From contig OZ024746.1 of NCBI GenBank assembly GCA_964016885.1, forward strand, positions 101,742,001 through 101,806,000: 64,000 nucleotides of DNA, in the 5' to 3' direction. The notes below the pieces were generated by a model. The model saw nothing but the letters and a program-made list of their open reading frames with translations, did no database searches and had not been told where the DNA came from. This DNA is from Eledone cirrhosa (lineage: Eukaryota). The position numbers were made by a program, and so were the translations under genes. Positions 40,010 to 52,900 of this stretch are shown here, piece after piece (the stretch's first letter is position 1; each line of letters begins with the position of its first letter).

Positions 40010-42311
40010 GGTAAGGAACCAGAAAAGATACCATCATGGCTAGTTAACGGTATTACATTCCTGCTTCCGAAGAATGATGAGACAAACAATCCCAAAAATT
40101 ACAGACCGATAACTTGCTTGACCACAATGTATAAAATTTTAACATCAGTCCTAACTGAATATACATATGACCACCTGATAACAAATGACCTATTTCCCAT
40201 TGAGCAGAAAGGGTGTAAACGAGGCTCATATGGCTGTAAGGATCAACTTTTGGTTAACAAACTGATACTGGAAGATTGTCATAATAGACACAAAAATTTA
40301 TCAATTGCTTGGATAGATTATAAAAAAGCATTCGATAGTTTGCCACACAGTTGGATTGAAAAATGTTTAGAGATTTTCAAAATATCTCCCGTTGTCAGGA
40401 GGTTTTTGTCGTTCAGTATGAAGATATGGAAAACGACACTCCTTTTGAATAGTGAAACAAAATCACTGGAAGCTGGAGAAGTTAATATTAATTGTGGAAT
40501 TTTTCAGGGTGACTCTTTATCACCGCTTTTATTCTGCATCGCACTTATACCATTAAGTAAAATTCTCAATGAAACAAAACATGGATATAAAGTCTATGAC
40601 AAAACCATTAATCACTTGTTCTACATGGATGACCTGAAATTATTTGCAAAAAGTGATGAACAATTGCAAGGGCTATTATCCACTGTGGAGCAGATCAGTG
40701 ATGACATTAAAATGGAGTTTGGACTAGATAAATGCGCCAAAGCAACGTTCACAAGAGGAAAGCTGCTGAAAAGTTCAGACATTAATCTTGATCGGGGGAA
40801 TGTGATAAGAGAACTTGATCAAGAGGAAACTTACAAATATCTAGGTGTTTGTGAAGGAGATGGAATCAAGCACTCGACAATGAGGGAAAGGATAAGGAAG
40901 GAATGTTACCGCAGAGTAAGAGCAATCTTAAAACGGAATTGAATGCAAGGAATAGGATCGATGCCATAAACACGCTTGTCATACCAGTAGTAACCTACAG
41001 TTACAATGTCATCAACTGGTCAAGCACAGAGATCCGTAGGCTCGATACAAAAATTCAAAAATTCTTAACCATGCACAGAATGCATCACCCTAAGGCAGAT
41101 ATAGATAGAATATATCTCCCTAGGAAAGAAGGAGGACGTGGGTTAATCCAGTTAGACATTGCGTTGAAAACTGCAACAATTGGATTATCTACATATCTAA
41201 GGGAATCACATCATTGGATGATCAAACTCGTTTTGAAACACGAAAACATCAAAAGATCATACTCCATTACAAAAGATGCACAAAGATACAGTAATGGACT
41301 ACAAATTTCAGAAGTCCCATTTACTGCTGAAATGGAAAACACAGAAAAAGCAAAGCAGGTAAAAGTAACTGCAAAGAAAGAACTGCTACAGAAACTGGCT
41401 AAGAAATGGCAAGAAAAGCCTCTGTATGGAAAATACCCAGAACGAGCTAACAATCCTGATGTTGACAAAACTTTAACCCATCAGTGGTTGGCATCCTCTG
41501 GACTGAAATCGGAGACTGAAGGACTGATTATATCAGCACAAGATCAGTGTCTGCCAACAAAAAATTACTAAGCCAACATAATAAAAAATGGATGCATCCC
41601 ATTATGCCGTGTATGTAAAAAACAACCAGAGACCATTGACCATATAATTTCAATGTGCAGTCCTATAGCTCCAACCGAATACCTAAACAGGCATGACAGA
41701 GCTGCACAATACATACATTGGGTAATGTGTAAGCATTTTGACCTGCCCCATCAAAAGAATTGGTGGGAGCATCAACCACCACCCATACTTGAAAAATATC
41801 ACATCTCAATCTTGTGGAACTTTAGCATCCAAACAGACCGAAAAATAGATGCAAATAGACCTGATATAATACTGAAGGACTTTAAAAAGAGTGTATGCCT
41901 GCTAATTGATATGTCCGTTCCAATAGACAAGAATGTATCTATAAAAACATTTGAAAAATTGAGCAAGTATAAGGACCTGGAGATAGAAATTGGAAAAATG
42001 TGGAAATTGAGAACTAAAACAATACCAGTGGTTGTAGGCGCTCTAGAAATGATACCTAAGGGGTCTAATGATTACTTATCGCAAATCCCAGGAAACCCGC
42101 GTATAGGAGAAATACAAAAGATAGTACTAATGGGAACTGCCCATATACTAAGGAAGATCCTGTCAATATAAGTACATCACAAGTCTAAACACTAAGGATG
42201 CATGTGTGAATATGTATGTTCTTTCTTGAACATGGCGGACCTTGTTGTCTCTTGAGGTCACTGGTTGTGACTTGGTGATAACTCGTATAAACATAAAGCA
42301 AGATAAATGCA

Positions 42312-42345
<34 letters not shown>
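40010..42345 (+). mobile_element. Dong/R4-clade non-LTR retrotransposon, 5'-truncated, ending in (AAT)n
   Basis: NYRPITCL, IDYKKAFD, IFQGDSLSP, YMDD, CCHC CRVC..ETIDHIISMC, RHD and NRPDIILKD..IDMSVP..EKLSKY. Confidence 0.92.
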
Positions 42346-42347
<2 letters not shown>

Positions 42348-42937
42348 CTTGATCGGGGGAACGTGATAAGAGAACTTGATCAAGAAAAAACTTACAAATA
42401 TCTAGGTGTTTGTGAAGGAGACGGAATCAAGCACTCGACAATGAGGGAAAGGATAAGGAAGGAATGTTACCGCAGAGTAAGAGCAATCTTAAAACGGAAT
42501 TGAATGCAAGGAATAGGATCGATGCCATAAACACGCTTGCCATACCAGTAGTAACCTACAGTTACAATGTCATCAACTGGTCAAGCACAGAGATCCGTAG
42601 GCTCGATACAAAAATTCGAAAATTCTTAACCATGCACAGAATGCATCACCCTAAGGCAGATATAGATAGAATATATCTCCCTAGGAAAGAAGGAGGACGT
42701 GGGTTAATCCAGTTAGACATTGCGTTGAAAACTGCAACAATTGGATTATCTACATATCTAAGGGAATCACATGATTGGATGATCAAACTCGTTTTGAAAC
42801 ACGAAAGCATCAAAAGATCATATTCTATTACAAAAGATGCACAAAGATACAGTAATGGACTGGTTGTGACTTGGTGATAACTCGTATGAACATAAAGCAA
42901 GATAAATGCAACTGTAATAATAATAATAATAATAATG
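42346..42937 (+). mobile_element. Internally deleted second Dong/R4 copy
   Basis: Matches about 40786-41300, then jumps to the 3' UTR (about 42260 onward) at ACT microhomology. Ends in (AAT)n. Confidence 0.85.
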
Positions 42938-45900
42938 ATTTCTTTATTAACCACAAGGGTTTACATAAAGTAGACATTAAGGACAGTGCAGGACAATACA
43001 GGACGGTACAAATGGGCATTTCTGCATGTAAAAAACAAAAACAGAGGATGTAACAAAAAATAACAATGAAAAATTCACCAATAGGGGGGAGACTTCGGAG
43101 GGACATTTGTGGAGAAAGCCCAGTAAAAGGCCACAATGACCCTGACCACCAAGGCAAGTGCCCTCTCCCAGTTTTCCACCTTTAATTTACAGATATATAC
43201 TCAGAGTAGGCCCATTCACTCGGGCCATTCTTGCTTCTCTCACCCATCTTTCAACAAAATGCTGGGAAGAGAGCACTTCCCTCTCTACTCTGATTTTCCT
43301 TTTCAAATGAAATTTGAAAAAGTCAATCAGAGCATCACCGAAGAGGTAAGTGCTCGTCTTCAGCCCTTTCAAACGTGTCCACCATACTATCTCTTTCGCC
43401 ATGGCCACCAGACAGATAAAAACTGCCTGCCCTTCCCGGCTAAAGGAGGAGGGCGGGGCAATCCTCACGATGGACTCAGATGATAGCCGGATCCGTCCTA
43501 AACGCGACAGCAGGTGTTCGACATAAACCCACAAGTCAGCAATTTTCGGACACTGGACGAGTGCGTGCAGGACGGTTTCGTCGCCCTGCGCGCATCTCGG
43601 ACATGCCCGGCTGACGGCACCTCCATGCCTGTAGAGTTTATCCCGAACTGGCAAGGCTCCTCGGTAGCACTGCCAGGCCAGAGATTTCTGGAAGTTGTCC
43701 ATAGGCCCTGGCCCGAAAGTTCTTCCGAAGAGATTGGCTAGTTGATTTTCGTCGACGCCTAGAGTTTCCCCAAGTACGTCGTCGCTCTTCCCCTCCACTA
43801 ATCCTCTATAGAACGCCGAGGTGGAGTTTCCACCGATCACATTACCCGATTGGTCGAGGGCTGTGAGCGCCTGAAGACATTCCAGTCTCCAGGCGCTCCC
43901 TCTCGGTCTTCGCTTGACCCAGGACTGCAGCTCCGTCAAGGAAACGAGCTGGGGAAATACGTGTCTAGCAAACGGCGACCACACCTGATCACCGTCGAGG
44001 AAGAGGTGGAGATGTCGTAGCCTGAGCGCGTGCCTGCGCATCATCAGCCACGGCATGCCCAGCCCTCCACGTAGCGGGTGTTGACAACAGATGGACCGCC
44101 TGACCATCGGAGCGCGTCCCTTCCACAAAAAGCGAAAGAGCAAACGCTCCAGCGCAGTTAGGCGAGGCTTAGGACAAGGTACGACGGTCAGGCGGTAGCA
44201 GATGACAGACGCGATGTACGCGTTAGCCACCTCCGCTCGACCTTTCAAGGACCATTTCTGGGTGAGAGAAGCCACCCTGCTCGTCACCTCGTCCCAGTTT
44301 TTGTCCGTCTGGAGGTCCGAACCGAACCAGACCCCTAGCAATTTAACCGGTCCGTCCGTCCAGTGTTCGACGACGCTGTTGGACGGCATGGACCTGCCTC
44401 TCCAGGTGCCGAGCTGCAGGCCCACTGACTTTTCCTGGTTGATCATTGCTCCTGTCACCGCTTCGTATTCTCTTAGTGTAGTGCCGATCGCCTCGATGTG
44501 TTTGGCGTTCGACACCACTACGGTGACATCGTCCGCATATGCTGACACGGATCTTCCGCATCCTAGTTCGCGCGGGACGCCCCTCAACGTCTCCAGTTTG
44601 TGCAGTAATGGCTCGAGAGTCAATACGTACAAGAGGGACGAGAGGGGACATCCTTGGCGGACCGAGCGCATGATGTTGAACGGTTCCGACAGGTGACCGT
44701 TCACTCTCACCACAGAGCAGATGTCGCTGTGTATGGCAGCGATCCAGCCTCTGAAGACGGGCCCAAAGCCAGCCGCCCTCAGGACTGCCGCTAGGTAACG
44801 ATGGTCGACCCTATCGAAAGCTTTCGACTGATCTAAATTGATCAAGGACCCACCCGTGCCAGGTTCCCTAGCTACCCTCTCTACGATGTATCGCATGAGG
44901 TGGAGGTTGTCGTGGATGGATCTGTCGGGAATGGCGCATGCCTGCGCCTCTCCCACCAGACCACCAACGACAAGCGCCAACCTCTTTGCTAGCACCTTGG
45001 CCAAAATCTTGAACTCTGTGTTTAGCAGAGTTATGGGCCGAAAATTATCTATGTTATCCCCCTTGTTCGGATCCTTTCTCAACAGTGCCACCGCTCCTCG
45101 GCTCACAGAACTGGGAATTCTCCCGTTCTGTTGCCAGTTGCAGTAGACGTCCGCCAAGAGGCCGCCGAACAAGTTTGGCATCTGTACGTAAAGTTCATAG
45201 GGCAGACCATCCAAACCAGGCGATTTACCCCTTGTGCAGCCAGTCATTGCCTCCCTTACTTCAGCGGGTGTTATCGGCTTTTCGCAACACTTCGCCTCAG
45301 TGGCCGAAAGCCGCGGCAGTCCGTCGAGGTAGACACTAAAGTCCATCCCTCGACCCGGCCCATCGCTTCCCCCGAACAGCTGAGCGAAGTGTCGCTGAAA
45401 AGCTTCACACATTTGCCCGGGATCGAGTAGCATGCGCCCGTCGTGGTCCACCAAAGACCGGATCGTGGCTTTGTTGCCACGACGCGCCTCCGCCACTCGG
45501 GCCCATTGAACGGCTTTCGTCCCCTCGTGTCTGAGAGCACGCACCCTTGCTCTGACAACGCAGCCTTCGTGCTTTGCATTGAAGAATTGGTCAAGGGCCA
45601 ATTTCGCCGCAAGCACGTCGGTCGCAATGCCTTTGCTAAGCGCCTCGTCTAATTTTCTAACTAGTTCTCCCTCTGCTCTATTTTTCTCTATTGCTAAAGC
45701 CTTACTAAACCTAATGGATTCTATTCTAATCGCTCTTTTCAGAGCAAACCACCACTTGTTGTTGACGATGGCCCCCGTCAACGCCCGCTTAACTAGTTCG
45801 CTAATCCGGTCTCTGTAGGCCTTGCGCGCTGGTAAGGACGCGTTTAGCTTCCAGTAGCCGGGTCCTCGTCTATGAAGCCTATCTAAGTCAAGCACACAGA

Positions 45901-48900
45901 TCACTAATTTGTGGTCCGTGTAGCTGACTATCTTGAATTGTGGACAGCCTATGCTAGACCTATCTATTTCCCTACAAAATACTCTATCTAGATATGATCT
46001 GGATGACCCTATGCGATTTGTCCAAGTCCACATTGGCACATTCGGGAAATCCAATCGGTACCTGTCAGACAGTTCAAAACGCCTGAGCAGGTTGGTGAGG
46101 CTCTTTCACCCTCCACCCCTATCCGCTAATCCCACACAGTCCCAGCGTGCATCTAAGATCCCGTTCCAGTCGCCCACTAACACTAAAGAGCGGGACGTTC
46201 CAAGAAAGGTCTCCAGACGCCGGAAGAAATCAGGCCGCCCTGCTCCTGTTGGGGCATAGACGGCCACTAGCCTGAAAGCTTGCCCGTCTCCGCTGGTCAC
46301 GTCCAGCACCACCAACTTACCCTCTGGGTCCAGGAAGATGGCCCGTATGGCGAGATCCAAACCTCTCCGAAAAAGCACAGCAACTCCTCCCCCCGATCCA
46401 GGACGGCTGGGAGATGCGTACACATCGTAGCCGCGGAAGATCGGTGCGAAGGCCCGTGCTTCGGAGATTCTGGTCTCGCTGATGGCCACTACATCTATGT
46501 TTAGTGACCTGAGGTCGTTGAGCAGGTGACCCTGCTTCCATGACGACCCCAAGCCACGCGCATTTATGCTGCCTATTCTGAGTGAGGTCATGTTTAAAAT
46601 AGAGTGGAAAAGATGGGAAAGACCACTTACCGTACTTTTCGTAGAGGAGGGATGGTTTTTACATCCCTTTTCACTTGATCGTCTGGTGAAGGGACCGTTG
46701 AATCGTCCCTTCGGCTGGTCGTCGGCTCTTCTATGAGTATGTCCGAATATACTCTTCGATTGATAGTTCCTCCTAGGTCCCTGAAATCACCAACTGCGTT
46801 GGGGAATTTCGTTTTAATGTTTGTGTATTGTTTCTATGCTATTTTTAGCAGTCTTATGTTAGTTGGCGTTTTGATTGGTGCTGGTATTATGTAGTCGTGT
46901 TGTGAAATGTCTGTGTGTTCAATTATGTAAGTCATTAGTTTCTTGTTGTGTGTATTTATTGCCGTGCATTTGTTTTTCTGGGGTGGGGTGTGGTTTTGCT
47001 ATTTTCTTGTCGTTGTTGCTGGGTGTGTGTGTTTTGTTGTTGTGTTTGCGATGTTGGTGCTTGTGGTGGTGGTGTTGAAGGTGTTGTTGGCGGTGGGGTT
47101 TTCGCCGGTGGTGATGGTGGTGCTAGTGTGGGTGGTGATGGTGTTGGTGGTGTTGCTGCTGTGAGTCTCTTTGCAGTAGACTTTACCCTTTTCTCATTTC
47201 TTTCCTCCCTTTTCAAAGGCGACAATGCGCTGCTTCTGCGTTTGTGCCTTCTTACGACCTTTTGCCATCCCTCTCCCACCTCACACTCCATGTCTGATTC
47301 TGTGAGGTCGGGGAGGGGTACCAGCTCCACTCTTTCACTTGTTGTTGGTGATGTTTGCACTGGAGTCTCTGTTGCAGCTGCATTTGGTATTGCTGTTGTT
47401 GTTGTTGTTAATATTTCCACTGCTGCTGCTGTTTTTGATTTCCGTGGCGTGGGTATGGGTGCCACGGACCTATCGTTCCAGGTTGCCGCTTGTCCTGTTG
47501 CTGGTAGCCGTGGAGCCGGTTTCGGAAGGAGGGGGGTTTTCTCCTTTCTCGGGGTCTTCTCGTTGCAGAAGGCCCTGAGGTGAGTCTTCGATCCACAGCG
47601 AAAGCATTTCGGGCGTTTGCCCTCAACACTTATGGGCAGTTGAGTGCCGTTATCGAAGTCTATCACATCCGGGATAGCTTCGATGCACTCCTGGTTGGTT
47701 TGGATTAACATCTCAATGGAGGTGCCGACCCAATCTTCTCTTACTTTTTTCTGTACTTGCAGTACAGTTGTTTTGTCCTCGATTCCGACGAGGACAGACG
47801 CGGCCAGCCAAGAAGGGGCCATCCCGGGGGGGGACGTGGGTCAGTTTGACCCTCACAATTTTTTGCCCGCAGTAGGAGGGCACCAACACCATTTCCTCGC
47901 TCCTTAGGGTCACTACGGATTGAGCCTTTGCCTCCTGGGGTGTGGCAAAAAGTACGTCTACGGTGGCATATTTTTTGCCTCGGGTGATGTGCGTTTTCCG
48001 CTGCCACACAGACCCCAAGGCTTTTTGTATTTGAGCCTCTGTGGCTCTTTCAACCCTACGGGATTTTGTACTTACTGTACGGTACGTGACCGTACAGTGC
48101 TGTTGGGTTTCGAAAAATGTTTCCGCTGCCTTGCAGATTGCTCGGTGTCCAGTCTTTGTCACCATCTTCTTCGCTTCCTCTAATTCCTCATTTGTTATGA
48201 GGATTGTTTCCAGGTTCTTCGCGATACCTGCAAATGAGATTGGTTTTTCTTTGCTGCTGTTGTTGTTGTTGTCGTCAGAGCTGCTGTTACTTTTGTTGTT
48301 GCTGCAGGTACTACGACTACTGCCTCCGCCGCTGTTTCTGTGGTTGTTGTTGGTGTTGCTGCTGCCAATGATGTTGTTGTTTATGCTGCTGGTGATGCTG
48401 TTGCGGCTGCTACTGTTGTTTTCATTGTCACTGTTGCTGTTGTTATTACGGCTGCTACTGCTATTATTCCTGACGTCAGACGAATGAACTGGGTTTTCGT
48501 ATTTCCCGCACACCTGTTTCGCCGTTGTCGTCGTCGTCGTGGAGAAATCTTGCACGCTTTGCACGAGACTTTTCTTTTCTGTCGTCGCTTGCGAAAGAGA
48601 AGGGAGGGAGAGAGACACATTTAAAGAAGGGAGGGAGAGAGACAATCTTCTCTCTGCTGTAGTGATGATTGAGGAAGAAGAAGACGGAATGAGTGGGAGT
48701 GACCTATGAAAATTCTTTTTCGTAGTCATGTTGTTTTTTTTGTTCTTTTTAAATAAATATTGGGCACAAAACCCCAATAAGCAGTTATTTAACCCCGAAG
48801 GGCCAAATAACGGGCAGAAAGACCCCTCTCACGAGGAGGGGGGTGTTTTTGTCTACAAGTTCGTTAAAGTTTTAAACAATTTACAATTGTTATAGCGTTC

Positions 48901-48949
48901 AAAATTTACAATACCTTACAGAGCCGAGCCTCCGTCAACCATAGCATTC
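42938..48949 (-). mobile_element. Apparently full-length Tx1/L1-clade LINE (copy 2, about 6 kb) with (AAT)n on both sides
   Basis: ORF1 about 48730-46628 (Asn/Ser tract, CFRCGSKTHLRAFC, frameshifted). ORF2 46591-43187 has APE, RT (YADD) and a CCHC motif, with a frameshift near 46106. Confidence 0.93.
43187..46591 (-). pseudogene. Tx1 ORF2 APE-RT-CCHC
   Basis: 161-aa and 955-aa ORF segments: INARGL, ISETR, GDWN, YLDR, TDH, DQSKAFD, RQGCPLS, YADD and CPRC..ETVLHALVQC. Confidence 0.9.
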
Positions 48950-48977
48950 AATAATAATAATAATAATAATAATAATG

Positions 48978-49852
48978 ATTTCATTTATTAGCCACAAGGG
49001 CCGACATGTAGGGGACAATACAAAGACAGGGACAGTGGGGGTTTACAATAAGGTCGAGTAAAAGTGCACAATGGCAAGACTAATTTAACAATGAAAATAT
49101 AAAAATATAAAATAAACTATGCATAAATATAACAAAATAAATTCCCCGATAGGGGGTGGACGACCCTGGGGTGATTCGGGTACCCCACCAATCCTGAACC
49201 ACCCTGCGCTTCTAGGGCACCCAGCAGAGCACCCCTCTCCTCAAGTTAGCCAGCCTATAGGCGCATGGTCAGAGTAGGCCCATTCACACGAGCCATTCTC
49301 GCCACATTCACCCACCTTTTAGCAAATGTACTGTGGGGGGGGGGGCAGCACTTCTCTCTCCACCCTCACCCTCCTTTCCAGGTGAAACTTAAAGAAGTTG
49401 ATGAGGGATTGGCCGAAGAGAAAAGTGTCTGTCTTTAGTCCTTTCAACCTGGTCCACCATATAATCTCTTTCGCAACTGCCACCAGACAGAGGAAAATGT
49501 CCTGCTCTTCCTGACCTAAGGAAGGTGGCGGCTCGATCTTCACTATGGACTCGGCCGATAGCCGGATTCGTTCCACACGCGACAGTAGCTGTTCGACATA
49601 ACTCCACAAGTCAGTAATGCATGGACATTGGACAAATGCATGCAGAACGGTTTCGTCGTTCTGTGCGCATCTTGGGCAGGTCCGTCTGACAGCACTTCCG
49701 TGCCTGTAGAGTTTATCCCGAACCGGCAGTGCCCCCCGCTAGCACTGCCAAGCGAGGGATTTCTGGAAATTGTCCATCGTCCCCGGCTCAAAAGTCCTCC
49801 GGTACAGACTGGTCAGTTCGACTTCGTCGAGGCCCAAAGCTTCTCCGAGTGC

Positions 49853-49853
<1 letters not shown>
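48978..49853 (-). mobile_element. 5'-truncated Tx1 3' fragment between two (AAT)n tracts
   Basis: Homologous to the ORF2 C-terminus. 3' end CCCTTGTGGCTAATAAATGAAATC. Confidence 0.88.
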
Positions 49854-49909
<56 letters not shown>

Positions 49910-49910
<1 letters not shown>

Positions 49911-52900
49911 TTTCTTTATTGGCCACAAGGGCTGACATCAAGAAAAACATTACAGACGGCACAGGACGGTACGATGTGGGTTTTGTGCGTGTAAATATTT
50001 TTATTATTTATATAAGAAAAGAAGAAAAGGACATAGAAACATATATATATATATATAAACAATAAAAATGAAAATTGAAACAATGAAAAATTCCCCAATA
50101 GGGGGGGAAACCTCCGAGGGTTACTCGTGGCGAAAACCACACAAAAGACCACGGCCACCCTGACCACCAGGGCAAGCGCCCTTTCTCAATTTTTTCCATT
50201 TCTCAAACTACAGACGTATATTCAGAGCGGTCCCGTTCACTCGGACCATTCTCGCTACATTCACCCACCTTTCAACAAACTTGCTAGAAGGCAGCACTTG
50301 CCTCTCCACCCTGATTTTCCTCTTCAAGTGAAACTTGAAAAAGTTGATTAGGGATTCGCCGAAGAGTAAAGTGTCTGTCTTTAACCCTTTTAACCTTGTC
50401 CACCACACAATCTCTTTCGCCATGGCCACCAGGCAGATGAAAACCGCCTGCCCTTCCTATTCGGAGGAAGACGGCGAGACCATCTGCACAATGGACTCAG
50501 TCGATAACCGGATCAGTCCTACACGCGACATCAACTGTTCCACGTAGCTCTACAAGTCAGCAATGCTCGGCACTGAACGAGTGCGTGCACAACGGTTTCG
50601 TCGCTCTGCGCGCATCTCGGACAGGCTCGGCTGACGGCACTTCCGTGCCTGTAGAGCATATCTCGAACCGGCAGCGCTCCCCGGTAGCACTGCCAGGCCA
50701 GGGATTTTTGGAAGTTATCCATAGGCCCATAGGCCCTGGGCTGAAAGTTCTTCGGAAGAGAGCAAACAGCTTATCTTCTTCGACGCCCAGGATCTCTCCG
50801 AGAATGTCGGCGCTCTTCCCCTCCACTAGTCCTCTATAGAACGCCGAGGTGGATGTTCCACCGATACTGGTGCCCAGCTGGCAGAGGGAAGTGAGCGCCT
50901 GGAGACATTCCAGTTTCCAAGCGTTATCCCTCGGTCTTTTTATGACCCAGGACTGCAGCTCTGTCAAGGAGACGAGCTGTGGGAAAACGTGCCTGGCGAA
51001 CGGCGACCACACCTGTTCACCGTCAAGGAAGCACCAGAGAAGTCGCAGCTTCAGCGCATGTTTTCGCATCATCAGCCATGGCATGTCCAGTCCTCCACGC
51101 AACGGGTGTTGACAGCAGATGGATCGTCTGACCATGGGAGCGCGTCCCTTCCACAAAAAGCGGAAGAGGAGGCGCTCCATTTTGATGAGAGTTGGGCTGG
51201 AGCAAGGGACGATGGTGAGGCGGTAGCAGATGACGGATGCGATGTACGCATTCGCCACCTCCGCCCGGCCTTTCGGGGACAGCTTCCTCTCGGCCCATTT
51301 ATGGGTGAGGGAGGCCACCCTGCTCGTTACCTCGTTCCAGTTTTTCTCCATCTGGAGGTCCGGTCCGAACCAGACCCCGAGCAATTTAACCGGTCCGTCC
51401 GTCCAACGCCCCACGACGCTGTCGGACGGCATGGACTTGCCTCTCCAGGTACCGAGCTGCAAGCCCACCGACTTTTCCTGGTTTATCTTTGCTCCTGTCA
51501 CCGCTTCGTTTCCTTGAGAGCGATGCCGAGCTTCTGGACGTGTCTGGTACTCGACACCACCACAGAGACGTCGTCGGCGTAAGCCGACTCGGATTTCCCG
51601 CATCCTAGTTCGCGTGGGACGCCCCTCATCGTACCCAGTTTGTGCAGTAACGGCTCGAAAGCCAATACGTACAAGAAGGACGAGAGGGGACAACCCTGGC
51701 GGACTGAGCGCATGATGCTGAACGGCTGCGACAGGTGACCGTTCACCCTCACAACTGAGCAGATGTCGCTGTACATTGCTGCGATCCAACCCCTGAAAAT
51801 GGGCCCGAAACCGGCTGCCTCGAGGACCGCCGCCAGGTACCGATGGTCGACCCTATCGAATGCTTTGGATTGATCCAAGTTGATCAGGGCCCCACCCGTG
51901 ACAGGTTCCTTAACCACCCTCTCTATGATGTATCGCATAAGGTGGAGGTTGTCGTGTATGGATCTGTCCGGAATGGTGCATGTCTGCGCCTCTCCCACCA
52001 GACCCTTGACGACAAGCGCCAACCTCGTTGCTAACACCTTGGCCAAAATCTTGAACTCTGCGTTTAGCAGGGTTATGGGCCTGAAATTATCGATAACATC
52101 CCCCTTGATCGGGTCTTTTCTCAGCAGCGCCACTGCTCCCCGGCTCACAAAACTGGGAATGCTCCCGTTCTGCTGCCAGTTGCAGTAGACGTCTGCCAAG
52201 AGGCCACCGAACAAGTCTGGCATAAATGCATAAAGCTCGTAGGGCAGACCATCCAAACCTGGCGATTTACCCCTTGTGCAGTTAGCCATCGTTTCCCGTA
52301 TTTCACCGGCTGTTATTGGCTTTTCGCAACACAGTGCTGCGGTCGTCGAGAGCCGAGGCAGTCCGTCTAGGTATGCACTGAAGTCCATGCCCCGATCCGG
52401 GCCGCCGCTGCTCCCGAACAGTTCAGCAAAGTGCTGCTGAAAAGCTTCACACATCCGCTCGAGTTCGAGCATCACGCACCCGTTTTGGTCAGACAAAGAC
52501 CGAATTGTGGCTTTGTTGCCACATCGCGCCTCTGCCACCCGGGCCCATTGGACGGCTTTTGTCCCCTCGTATTTCAGAGCACGCGCTCTAGATCTGACAA
52601 CGCAGCCTTCGTATTTTGCGTTGAAGAATTGGTCGAGTGCCAATCTCGCCGCAAGCACGTCGGTTGCGATGCCTGTCCTAAACGCCTCTTCTAGCTTTCT
52701 GACTAGCTCTCCCTCTACTCTATTTTCCTCTATCACTACTCCTTTGCTAAACCTAATCGACTCTACTTTAATTGCCCTTTTCAGGGCGAACCACCACCTG
52801 TTGTTGACGACCGCTCCCGTCAACGCCCGCTTAACTAATACGCTAATCCGGTCTCTGTAGGCTTTGCGCGCCGGGAAAAACGCGTTCAGCTTCCAGTAAC

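Noticed and set aside
43514-52860. Many plus-strand ORFs over the Tx1 copies
   Set aside because: Antisense shadows of GC-rich ORF2 with no independent motifs.
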